Origin: a virus
Lineage: Duplodnaviria; Caudoviricetes
Virus record (IMG/VR): IMGVR_UViG_3300018413_000007
Location: 14,364-78,363 of that record
DNA length: 64,000 bases
Strand: one strand, 5' to 3'
Under the pieces are notes generated by a model. It searched no databases and was not told where the DNA came from. It was given only the letters and a program-made list of their open reading frames with translations. A program made the translations under genes and the position numbers. This document shows positions 8,399-16,979 of the stretch, in pieces; positions within the stretch are counted from its first letter, which is position 1, and every line of letters starts with the position of its first letter.

Positions 8399-8406
8399 TA
8401 TTTATT
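8399..8406 (-). promoter_or_regulatory. Late promoter variant AATAAATA driving the gp4 operon
   Basis: Plus-strand TATTTATT reads AATAAATA on the minus strand, 40 nt upstream of the gp4 ATG. Confidence 0.55.
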
Positions 8407-8424
8407 CAAAAACAGGGAACCGAA

Positions 8425-9492
8425 ATGGGACGATCTACTCGACCAGAGTTCGTAATTCAGCAAAATAAAAAAGGAATGTCGTCGGAAAGATATTCATTTC
8501 CGTCTACTCCCTATCCGCATTCCATTCTTTTTATCTTCAAAGAATATGCATACGCTGACCTACAAGAAAATTATGCAAAGTTTTCTGCCCCTCAAGACCT
8601 CCAATCCAATCAGATTAATAATGATGGTGGGGGCAAAGCAGCAAACGTTCGTAAGAACTCGTCGATAGAATTACCATTCCCATCTGCACTCAATGATGAG
8701 ATCTCGCTCAGAATAGAAGGATTCGAGCAAGACGTGATTGCTGAAAAGATTGCAAGAGGCCTGGCCAGTTATGCAAAGGGCGGCACCATTGGTGATTTGG
8801 CCTCGAAAGGTGACAAAATGCTAGAGACGGTTGGTAAGGCCGGTGCAGAGATGATCAAAAATATGGATTTCTCTAAGATAAAAGAAGGCGGTGGGGACAT
8901 GATAGGTTCTCTCGCAAAGGGCATCGAAAACGCATTGGGGAAGATCGGTGGCTTGGACACCAGTACCGTAGCAGCGGCTGCAGGTTTTGCTGCAAGAAAT
9001 ATTCTACCAGGCGATATGGGTAAAACAATCGACGCGGTCACCGGTAAAACATTAAACCCAAAAGAAACATTGGCCTTTGGTGGTGTTGATCTAAAATCAT
9101 ATCAATTCGATTGGACACTTTTCCCATCCAGCCCTCAAGATTCTCAGAATATTAAAAATATTGTCAACCTATTTAAACGTAACGCGCTCCCTACAGTTGA
9201 TAGTAGTATTCCAGGTTTTGAAAGGGCATTCTTGAATTATCCATCGGTTGTAGATACGGTTCTCATTGGTGTTGATGAATCTTTTTGGCCTCGATTTAAA
9301 CCAGCAATGATTTCGGCAGTCTCAGCAGATTATACGGGCGGTAATGATATGACCATCCTGCGTGGTGGTAAACCTACAGCAGTCACATTATCAATCACGA
9401 TCAATGAACTTGGTATCCATACGGCAGAAGATTATGGAGCAGAATCAACATCTCCTGCTACATCTACCGATGAGCCAGAGGTAAACGCATAA
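8425..9492 (+). CDS. gp48: Baseplate tail-tube cap gp48
   Basis: YSFP, IELPFP, NP..TLAFGGVDLKSYQFDWTLFP, FLNYPS, PTAVTLSITINEL. ATG 8425 is preferred to the track start TTG 8389. Confidence 0.8.
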   Translation: MGRSTRPEFVIQQNKKGMSSERYSFPSTPYPHSILFIFKEYAYADLQENYAKFSAPQDLQSNQINNDGGGKAANVRKNSSIELPFPSALNDEISLRIEGFEQDVIAEKIARGLASYAKGGTIGDLASKGDKMLETVGKAGAEMIKNMDFSKIKEGGGDMIGSLAKGIENALGKIGGLDTSTVAAAAGFAARNILPGDMGKTIDAVTGKTLNPKETLAFGGVDLKSYQFDWTLFPSSPQDSQNIKNIVNLFKRNALPTVDSSIPGFERAFLNYPSVVDTVLIGVDESFWPRFKPAMISAVSADYTGGNDMTILRGGKPTAVTLSITINELGIHTAEDYGAESTSPATSTDEPEVNA

Positions 9493-9873
9493 ATGAAATA
9501 TTTTTCTGAATTTCCTATCATCGAATATGAGGGTCGTCGTGTTAGAGATATAACACGAAGAACTCAATTTGTCAAGGATCTAACTACAAACCCATTTCTC
9601 TACATGCCGTATACGGTAAAAGAAGGAGAGAGGGCAGAAGACATCGCTCAATATTACTATGGTTCTGTGGATTACGTTTGGTTGGTTTATATGGCGAATG
9701 GAATCGTTGATCCCTACCACGATTGGCCAAAGAGCCTAGAGCAATTCCACGAATATCTCATAGACAAATATGAAGATATTGCAGACGCCACTGGTGAAGA
9801 TATCTTGAATTGGCTTCAAGATGAGGGTGGCGATAACAACATTGTTTATTATTACAGACCAGCGGGGACATAA
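9493..9873 (+). CDS. gp53: Baseplate wedge gp53, N-terminal part (LysM-like)
   Basis: MKYFSEFP.IEY, YTVKEGERAEDIA..YYGS..YVWLV..AN.I.DPY.DWP. Confidence 0.88.
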   Translation: MKYFSEFPIIEYEGRRVRDITRRTQFVKDLTTNPFLYMPYTVKEGERAEDIAQYYYGSVDYVWLVYMANGIVDPYHDWPKSLEQFHEYLIDKYEDIADATGEDILNWLQDEGGDNNIVYYYRPAGT

Positions 9874-9876
9874 TAA

Positions 9877-10131
9877 ATGGCCGTCGAAGATATTATCTTA
9901 ACTCCCGAATCATTTGAAACCATATATCTCCGTAGAGAAGATAGGGTAATTCTTCGTACTGAGAAAGGTGCTAAGATCATTATCAAACGAATCATACCCG
10001 ACGAATGGGTAGCATATCGATATTACGAATACGAAGAAGACATTAACAACAATAAAAAAGAAATTTTGTTGTTTGACAAATCTTACCTGACTCAAATAGA
10101 GCGAGAATTCAAAGCAAGTTTTAACGTATGA
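9877..10131 (+). CDS. Baseplate wedge gp53, C-terminal part as a separate ORF
   Basis: Ends in YEYEEDINNNKKEILLFDKSYLTQIEREF, matching the gp53 C-terminal YE..L.NE.KR.I.(L/I) pattern. In frame with the upstream part after TAATAA. Confidence 0.7.
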   Translation: MAVEDIILTPESFETIYLRREDRVILRTEKGAKIIIKRIIPDEWVAYRYYEYEEDINNNKKEILLFDKSYLTQIEREFKASFNV

Positions 10132-11477
10132 GCGAATTCAATCCTCAAACATGTAGAATTCTTAAGGCGGAAATTACAAGGACCGATAGGAATTCTAGGG
10201 ATATAAGTAGTCTCATTACTGAGATTCATATATCCCAATCGCTCGTGTCAGTGAGTTGGAGAGGAGTATTAACCGTTTTAGATAACGTAGGTATGCTAGA
10301 TCTGTTTGGTCTTCGAGGTGAAGAACAACTCAGTTTAGAATTAATCTGCGATGATCTTGGTACCGTACGTAATTTAGATTGTCAGGTCTATAGAATAGAT
10401 AATGTGAATGCAAGTAGTGATGGTTCTGGTGTGACGTATATGCTTCACTTTATGTCGCGAACAACATGGAACGCTAGTATTCGAAAGGTAATCAGACCCT
10501 TTACAAATGTGACGTGCTCTTTTGCTGCAGAATCATTGATGAAAGAATATTTTGGTGGTTTCGCAGAACAAAGAAACACCACGATCAACCAAGACAAAGA
10601 GATCTTACCCTTCGATGCCAGAAAATATACTTTGAAAAGAAGTGGCAGAGGAGTCTATCTCCAGCCTTCAATAGGCAATATCAAGGCAGTCATTCCGAAT
10701 TATTCACCCCAGAGGGCAATGTCTTTCCTGGCATCGAGAGCATACAGCACGGATTCTATCTCTTCATCTTATAGATTCTTCGAGACCCTGAGTTCATATT
10801 GGTTCGTCACAGATGAGTTTCTAATGAAGAGGGCCACCGACAATCCTTCTCAAATTCAGCAGATGACATATGGTCCTTTTACCACACGAGAGGGAGATCA
10901 ACCAATTGCCCAGATCGCTTCTCTTAATTCTTTTGTGGATACGGTTCGGGTTGACAGTGGTACTGATATGGTGTCGGGTGGATATAAAAATAAATCAATA
11001 GAGATTAATCTGTTACAAAGAAAGGTAAAAGAAACCGTACACGATTATACCAAAAATGGTAACTATGTGAGTGCGTCAGGCAAAAAACGCAAGATTTCAG
11101 ATGATATCCATACAGAAGAATATATGAAGGCAACCTTTACCGAGGAAAACGCTCCTAGGTTCATTGTCTTTAGAGACTATCGATACGAAGATGAGCCGGA
11201 AGGAAACCTTAGACCCGATCAACATTATGCTCAATCATATGCCAACAGAATATCTCATACTCATCACATGAGTGCGACCACAGTCAAGGCTGAGATCTCA
11301 GGTCGATTGGATATTGAACCTGGTAATGTATTGAACATCGATATACAGGAAAGAACAGTACGAGAACAGGTAAATCAAGATTCAAAACTATCTGGCAATT
11401 ATTTGGTATTGAGTACCGATCACGATATTATGGGGAACGATTTAAATACATCAATGACTATGGTGAAATATGGCTGA
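10128..11477 (+). CDS. Baseplate hub protein (gp27-like)
   Basis: GVLTVLDNVGML..F.LRGEE, YRFFETL, C-terminal ISGR.DIEPGNVL...KLSGNYLV....H; located before gp5. Confidence 0.7.
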   Translation: MSEFNPQTCRILKAEITRTDRNSRDISSLITEIHISQSLVSVSWRGVLTVLDNVGMLDLFGLRGEEQLSLELICDDLGTVRNLDCQVYRIDNVNASSDGSGVTYMLHFMSRTTWNASIRKVIRPFTNVTCSFAAESLMKEYFGGFAEQRNTTINQDKEILPFDARKYTLKRSGRGVYLQPSIGNIKAVIPNYSPQRAMSFLASRAYSTDSISSSYRFFETLSSYWFVTDEFLMKRATDNPSQIQQMTYGPFTTREGDQPIAQIASLNSFVDTVRVDSGTDMVSGGYKNKSIEINLLQRKVKETVHDYTKNGNYVSASGKKRKISDDIHTEEYMKATFTEENAPRFIVFRDYRYEDEPEGNLRPDQHYAQSYANRISHTHHMSATTVKAEISGRLDIEPGNVLNIDIQERTVREQVNQDSKLSGNYLVLSTDHDIMGNDLNTSMTMVKYG

Positions 11478-13140
11478 GTTAGGAGTAGGAATTAAAAGTC
11501 CGGTCTTCTTCATCGGCGTGGTGGAGAATAACGATGACCCTCAATTTGAAGGAAGGGTCCAAGTTCGTGCGTTCTCAGTTCACGGTACGAATAAACAAGT
11601 TCCTACACCAGAATTGCCCTGGGCAATTGTCGCCTCTGGTTCTTACGATTTAAGTCAACCCCCGCCACCACTCAATTCATTCGTGTACGGCATGTTCCTC
11701 GACGGCCGAGATGCACAACAACCTATGGTTCTGGGTTTAATACCTGGCCAATATCAAGAGGTTGTAGACCCAGAGAAAAACGGCTGGGGTGTTGTCCCAC
11801 ACCGTAACGGCACAGAATTATCAAAAGGTACTGACCCAAGATCTATCGGTAACCCATCGATGTCAAGATTGGCTCGAGGTGAGAATATCGAAGAGACCTA
11901 TGTCCTTCAGCAAGAGATGGGCAGGACAGAAGAGCAGAAGATCGCCGGAACAGATAAAAATTGGTCACAGCCATCATCTGCTTATAATGCCCAATATCCA
12001 CATAATAGAGTGATCGAAACGACTCACCATTCGATTGAATTGGATGATACTCCAGACGGTGAGCGTATTATGATTCACCACAAGGCAGGATCTTATATTC
12101 AGATTGATTCATCCGGCACCGTGTCAGAAAACGCCTCTGGTGATCGATACGAAGTCACGGATGGAAATTATCATCAGTCGGTAGGAAATGAAGGTGGGAA
12201 TTATTACGTCACAATTGGCGGTAATGCCCACGTATATGTCAAAGGAAATAAGACAGAAGAAATCGAAGGCGATTATAATTTAATTGTAAGAGGTAACGCC
12301 CAATTTGGAGTCGGATCAGCAATGTATCTGAACGCCGAGATGTTAGAGGCTCGTGGTGGAGATGTCAAGATCGAATCCAAATCCACAACATCAGTCAAGG
12401 CAACCAAAGAGCTCTTCCTAGGCGCAAGTGGATTTATCCCAGGCCTGGGCAACGTAGATGGTGCTCCTGGGCCCAGTGGTGGTGATGTCAAGATTACTGG
12501 TAATAAAGTATTCACGACTGGTTATTACAGTGTCGAATCATTCAGTGGATTGTTCACCAAGATTACATCCGTCATTGATACACATATGACCGGGAGTAAC
12601 CTATTCATAGGACAGACTGGAGCCCTACCTCCTGTCACCCCTGTGGTTGGGACTCCGATTGGTACTCCAAGCCCGAATGCTCCTGGCATCACACAAGGCA
12701 TCAATATCGTGAGTGGAGTCAAGACAAACATCAGTACTGGTGGCACGTTGAGTCTCCAGACAGGTGGAGCTGCAGGCATCTTGACTGGTGGTCTCTTCTC
12801 TATCTCTACTGGCGGGGTAATGGATTTCACTGTGGGTGGTGCAATGCAAATAAGCACGGGAGGTATCTTCAGTGCTCAAGCTGGAGGTGCTGCAACAATT
12901 ATTGCTGGTGGTATCACAAGTATCGATGGTTCTGTGGTAAATATTGGTATGGGTGGCACACCTGGTGTACCGACTGCCCCTGTCATCGACGTACCCGGCA
13001 TTTCGATTCTTGGTTTGCCATCGTTGGATTCTATTGGTGTTACGATGCCAGAACCACCAGGCAAATCCACAGCGATTATATCAAGGGCTGTAACAAGATC
13101 CTTTAATAATGCTGGATATGTAGCTTCTCACGGAGACTAA
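11470..13140 (+). CDS. gp5: Baseplate central spike gp5 (OB-fold plus beta-helix; no lysozyme domain seen)
   Basis: FFIGVVENNDDP..EGRVQVRAF..H, LPWA, VYGMFLDG..AQQPMVLG, YPHNRVIET, DDTPDGERI...HKAGSY, and C-terminal octapeptide repeats. Confidence 0.92.
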   Translation: MAELGVGIKSPVFFIGVVENNDDPQFEGRVQVRAFSVHGTNKQVPTPELPWAIVASGSYDLSQPPPPLNSFVYGMFLDGRDAQQPMVLGLIPGQYQEVVDPEKNGWGVVPHRNGTELSKGTDPRSIGNPSMSRLARGENIEETYVLQQEMGRTEEQKIAGTDKNWSQPSSAYNAQYPHNRVIETTHHSIELDDTPDGERIMIHHKAGSYIQIDSSGTVSENASGDRYEVTDGNYHQSVGNEGGNYYVTIGGNAHVYVKGNKTEEIEGDYNLIVRGNAQFGVGSAMYLNAEMLEARGGDVKIESKSTTSVKATKELFLGASGFIPGLGNVDGAPGPSGGDVKITGNKVFTTGYYSVESFSGLFTKITSVIDTHMTGSNLFIGQTGALPPVTPVVGTPIGTPSPNAPGITQGINIVSGVKTNISTGGTLSLQTGGAAGILTGGLFSISTGGVMDFTVGGAMQISTGGIFSAQAGGAATIIAGGITSIDGSVVNIGMGGTPGVPTAPVIDVPGISILGLPSLDSIGVTMPEPPGKSTAIISRAVTRSFNNAGYVASHGD

Positions 13141-13141
13141 A

Positions 13142-14692
13142 ATGGAAGTTTGTGCTGACGATACTAATTTAACTCTACAGAATAGGTTATCTCTACCTCA
13201 AGGACCTACGATCAATGGCCGTGGTAATTATACCTTCAGGCAGATCGAGGCGTTTTCTGCAGCGTTAGAGCAAAATGTATTAGATGAGGCAGAATCAAAT
13301 CCCATCGCAGTAGCTACTCGCCGATATGGTGATACCTTTGGTGAAGGACAACAACAATTAAATACGCTTTTAAATCGAACTGGTGGTAGTGGTTATCCAG
13401 ACCTAAACAATCGATTGCAACAAGGGCCTATCACAGCCTTAGAATACGCAGGGTTTATCACTGACTATAATTTAACACCGGCAGATTGCACAGATAAGTG
13501 CTTTAATGATGTACCTGTGTTATTGTCCCAGCTTAATAGCTATTATCAGGGATCGTTCGCTCAGAGCTCAATGGGAGGTCTGTGTGCCCAGATGCCTAAT
13601 TTCTTTGCTCAGATTGAAGGGTTCTTTACTCTATTGGGCACTGCAGAGGCAATTATTAAAGACGCGTTGGAATTTCTGACCAAGATTCGTGACCTTGATG
13701 ATATTATCAAGGCCGCAATACAAAAAATTACTGTCAAAGCATTAATCGAGAAACTCAAGGAACAGTTAATCAAGGGGTTGATGGATGCGTTTGATAATAT
13801 CCGAAGTGCAATTGAAAACTTCAATATCGAGAATGTAATTGGCAACGTATCTACCTTCATCAATGAACAGTTGGTGAAGAGAGTGATGACTCAAAAAGAG
13901 AAAATGTGTTTGTTTTTCAATGACGAAAACAAAAAAGCAATTGAAGATAAATTCAAATCTCTCGTCGATTACGCTGTTGGCCTCTTTGAGAATCCCAATA
14001 TTGAGGAATTATATTATTTAATCTCTCGTTTTTGCGCCTTTATCTTCAACATTGAGGCGTTAATGAACCAGATTAAGTCACCCCTTGACAACTTTGCAAA
14101 TAAATATTCTAATATAGCGAATCGACTTAAGATCATTTCTAACATCAACACATCTTCAGCAATCAGAAATGGTGCTGTAAGAATGTCAGACGAGAAGAAA
14201 AAAGAGTTGATCGAGAAACAGGAGACGATGTGGTCACCTGAGAATGGTAAGGCAATTACTCCCACTGGAGAAGAACCAGTGAATGTGAAACGAATTACCA
14301 TTAAAGAATATTCTACCCTGCCATCATGTAAAGATGTGAAAGAGGGTACAGACAGTAAGATAGGTATATCTGGTGATTGGGTCGATGATGAAAACTGTGG
14401 CCTAGAGGGCTATGTCAATATTGATTTAGATGTGAAGGTATATTTGATTCGACTATCAGATGAGCTTGGGTCTAAGATGGATATCACATCTGGCTGGAGA
14501 AGTCAACAATATAATGAAGAAATTGGAGCTCCACCGGAATCATCTCATATGAGTGGTAAAGTCGTAGACATCAAGGCACCGGGTGATGATGAGGAAACAT
14601 TTACAAATACAGCCATAAAGGTAGGTTTTAAACACGTAAGGTTCTTAGATTCGGGTGATATACACCTTGATATAAGAAGGAGACCATCGTAA
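13142..14692 (+). CDS. Baseplate-associated protein with C-terminal peptidase M15A (Zn D-Ala-D-Ala peptidase-like) domain
   Basis: ITSGWRSQQYNEEIG..PESSHMSGKVVDI...GDIHLDIR gives the H-x6-D...H zinc ligands; a long helical N-terminal region precedes it. Confidence 0.8.
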   Translation: MEVCADDTNLTLQNRLSLPQGPTINGRGNYTFRQIEAFSAALEQNVLDEAESNPIAVATRRYGDTFGEGQQQLNTLLNRTGGSGYPDLNNRLQQGPITALEYAGFITDYNLTPADCTDKCFNDVPVLLSQLNSYYQGSFAQSSMGGLCAQMPNFFAQIEGFFTLLGTAEAIIKDALEFLTKIRDLDDIIKAAIQKITVKALIEKLKEQLIKGLMDAFDNIRSAIENFNIENVIGNVSTFINEQLVKRVMTQKEKMCLFFNDENKKAIEDKFKSLVDYAVGLFENPNIEELYYLISRFCAFIFNIEALMNQIKSPLDNFANKYSNIANRLKIISNINTSSAIRNGAVRMSDEKKKELIEKQETMWSPENGKAITPTGEEPVNVKRITIKEYSTLPSCKDVKEGTDSKIGISGDWVDDENCGLEGYVNIDLDVKVYLIRLSDELGSKMDITSGWRSQQYNEEIGAPPESSHMSGKVVDIKAPGDDEETFTNTAIKVGFKHVRFLDSGDIHLDIRRRPS

Positions 14693-15126
14693 TGCCACTG
14701 ACAACATTAGACGCCAGGGATCTCTTTACCCCGGTCACTAAAAAGGTATCTCTGTATCAAGATTTTTCAAAAGATCTTGCTCAGAGTCCTCTTTCTGCTG
14801 ACATCGTCATGTTGAAAGATGAGGACGCAGTGAAAGATGCAATCAAAAATCTTTTACTGACGGACCCAGGTGAAAGACCTATGCAACCATTCCTCGGTGG
14901 TGGCATCCGTGAATTGCTTTTCGAAAATATTACCCCATCTACACTGAAATTATTAAAAGATAAAATAACATCAACCATTGAATTGTATGAGCCAAGAGCA
15001 GAACTTATAGATGTTTCTGTTCGGTCAGAAATTGATGATAATACAGTTGGTGTTGTCATTCAATTTTATATTCGCAACAGACAACAGCCGATCACACTCG
15101 ATGTGATTTTAGAAAGGATTAGATAA
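14692..15126 (+). CDS. gp25: Baseplate wedge gp25
   Basis: DEDAVKDAIKNLLLTDPGERPMQP.LGGGIRELLFE, IELYEPR. Confidence 0.95.
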   Translation: MPLTTLDARDLFTPVTKKVSLYQDFSKDLAQSPLSADIVMLKDEDAVKDAIKNLLLTDPGERPMQPFLGGGIRELLFENITPSTLKLLKDKITSTIELYEPRAELIDVSVRSEIDDNTVGVVIQFYIRNRQQPITLDVILERIR

Positions 15127-16965
15127 ATGGCAGACGTCAAGACACCAATCACAGAACTGGACTTTGATGGGATCAAAACCCAATTAAAGACATATCTGCA
15201 AACACAGACACAGTTCAAAGACTATAATTTTGAAGGGTCGAATCTGAGTGCACTGCTCGATGTCCTTTCGTATAATACGTTTATGAATAATTATTATACG
15301 AACATGGCAATCAACGAAATGTTCCTCGACACCGCCTCAATCAAAAACTCAATTGTCTCCCATGCTAAAGAATTAAACTATCTACCAAGATCCCGAAGAT
15401 CTGCAAGAGCAGAAGTTATCGTTACGATCACTGATGAGACAGAGACTGCTCAAACACTCACGATTCCACGATATAGTATTTTTCAGGCAACATATCTTGG
15501 TGAGGCATTCCAGTTTGTCACAGACGAAACATATATTGCCAAGAGAATAGCTGCCGGTGTTTATCAAACAGAAACGATTACACTATTCGAAGGTCAGATG
15601 CTAGAAAGCTTCCAGAGAGAAGGCTTCATTGTTGATGCAGATGGTGTGCTCAGGGTAGCACTTTCTAATGATAATGTCGATACAGATTCATTGGTGGTAT
15701 TCGTTGATGCTGAGGCGACAGACGATCAAAATGTTTTCACAAGGGCAAATGACATATTTGGTGTCGGGCCAACGGACAAGGTATTTTATGTAGAGCCTTA
15801 TTTTGATAATCGATATAGTGTTTATTTCGGTGGGAATAAATTCGGTGCACAGCCAGAGGAATTTGAGGATGTTCGTGTTCGATATAGAATCTGTTCTGGT
15901 GAAGAAGGTAATAAAATTTCTGCATTCACAGCTTCATTCATAGAAGGGGCATCGATCTCAGTCGAGACGGTGACTCCTTCTACGGGTGGAGCCGAACGTG
16001 AATCGATGGAATCTATTCGATTCAATGCTCCTAAGTCAATTCAAATTCAAGAAAGGGCTGTTACCACAAAGGATTACGAAATCCTTCTCAAGCAACAATT
16101 CCCAGAAATCACGGCAGTATCTGTGTACGGTGGTGATGAGTTAGATCCACCACAGTTTGGTAAGGTCGCGGTTTCGGTATATCTTTCAGACGATACGACA
16201 ATTATTTCCCAGACACTTGCCAATTCTTATCTTGAATATTTGGCGGATAGATCTCCATTGTCCATCGAACCGATATTTGTTCAAACAGAATTCGTATATG
16301 CTGACATGATCGTGGACGTATCCTACACTGGTAAGCAAACAAGTAGATCTGCCAGTGAATTAGAAACCTTGGTACGTAATGCAATCGGTACCTTTTCTGA
16401 CGACACCCTTGAAGACTTCGATAAGACATTAAGAGTGTCTAAGCTTTCAAGTGCAATCGATAGTATTGACACTGCAATTAAGAGCACTAGCCTCGAGATT
16501 AAACCTATCATCGAATATGCCCCAGCACTGAATGTAAAAGGCAATCCACGATTTCAGTTTAATGCTCCTCTCGTTAGGCCATATCCCTTTAGAGATGAGA
16601 ACGGATTCCCAGACTATAAGCCGGCAATCAAGAGTAGTCCTTATGACGTAGATGATGTTTGCGTATACATTCAAGACGATGGCTTGGGTAATATTCAGAT
16701 CGTCGTTGATGATCCGGCCAATCCTCAGGTCATTAATCCAAAAGCCGGTACTGTAGATTATGATACTGGTGAGGTTAGATTGGTTGACTTTGTTGTTCAA
16801 CGATTCGATGGGTCTGGTATTAAGGTCACGGCAAACACCAAAGACCAAGATGTCAAATCACCAAAGGGTCGTGTATTCATTATCCGCGACACTGACGTAA
16901 CTGTCAATATGAATCTAGTCGAAGCAAAAGAGGCTACGATTAATCAGGCCAAGACCTATAATTAA
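15127..16965 (+). CDS. gp6: Baseplate wedge gp6
   Basis: ELDFDGIKTQLKTYL..Q.QFKDYNFEGSNLSALLDVLSYNT, ES.ESIRFNAP...Q.RAVT..DY, GTVDYDTG. Confidence 0.96.
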   Translation: MADVKTPITELDFDGIKTQLKTYLQTQTQFKDYNFEGSNLSALLDVLSYNTFMNNYYTNMAINEMFLDTASIKNSIVSHAKELNYLPRSRRSARAEVIVTITDETETAQTLTIPRYSIFQATYLGEAFQFVTDETYIAKRIAAGVYQTETITLFEGQMLESFQREGFIVDADGVLRVALSNDNVDTDSLVVFVDAEATDDQNVFTRANDIFGVGPTDKVFYVEPYFDNRYSVYFGGNKFGAQPEEFEDVRVRYRICSGEEGNKISAFTASFIEGASISVETVTPSTGGAERESMESIRFNAPKSIQIQERAVTTKDYEILLKQQFPEITAVSVYGGDELDPPQFGKVAVSVYLSDDTTIISQTLANSYLEYLADRSPLSIEPIFVQTEFVYADMIVDVSYTGKQTSRSASELETLVRNAIGTFSDDTLEDFDKTLRVSKLSSAIDSIDTAIKSTSLEIKPIIEYAPALNVKGNPRFQFNAPLVRPYPFRDENGFPDYKPAIKSSPYDVDDVCVYIQDDGLGNIQIVVDDPANPQVINPKAGTVDYDTGEVRLVDFVVQRFDGSGIKVTANTKDQDVKSPKGRVFIIRDTDVTVNMNLVEAKEATINQAKTYN

Positions 16966-16979
16966 TACGGTAAAGTAAA

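Noticed and set aside
8389-8424. Track start for gp48 at TTG 8389, and the analogous upstream starts at 691 and 7931
   Set aside because: 8389 would leave almost no leader after the promoter at 8373-8380. The downstream starts (8425, 706, 7904) have better RBS or stop-start overlap.
9871-9876. Stop-codon reassignment or readthrough as the explanation for split gp53
   Set aside because: TAA is the ordinary terminator for most genes here, TAG and TGA also end genes, and other long ORFs are intact under the standard code.
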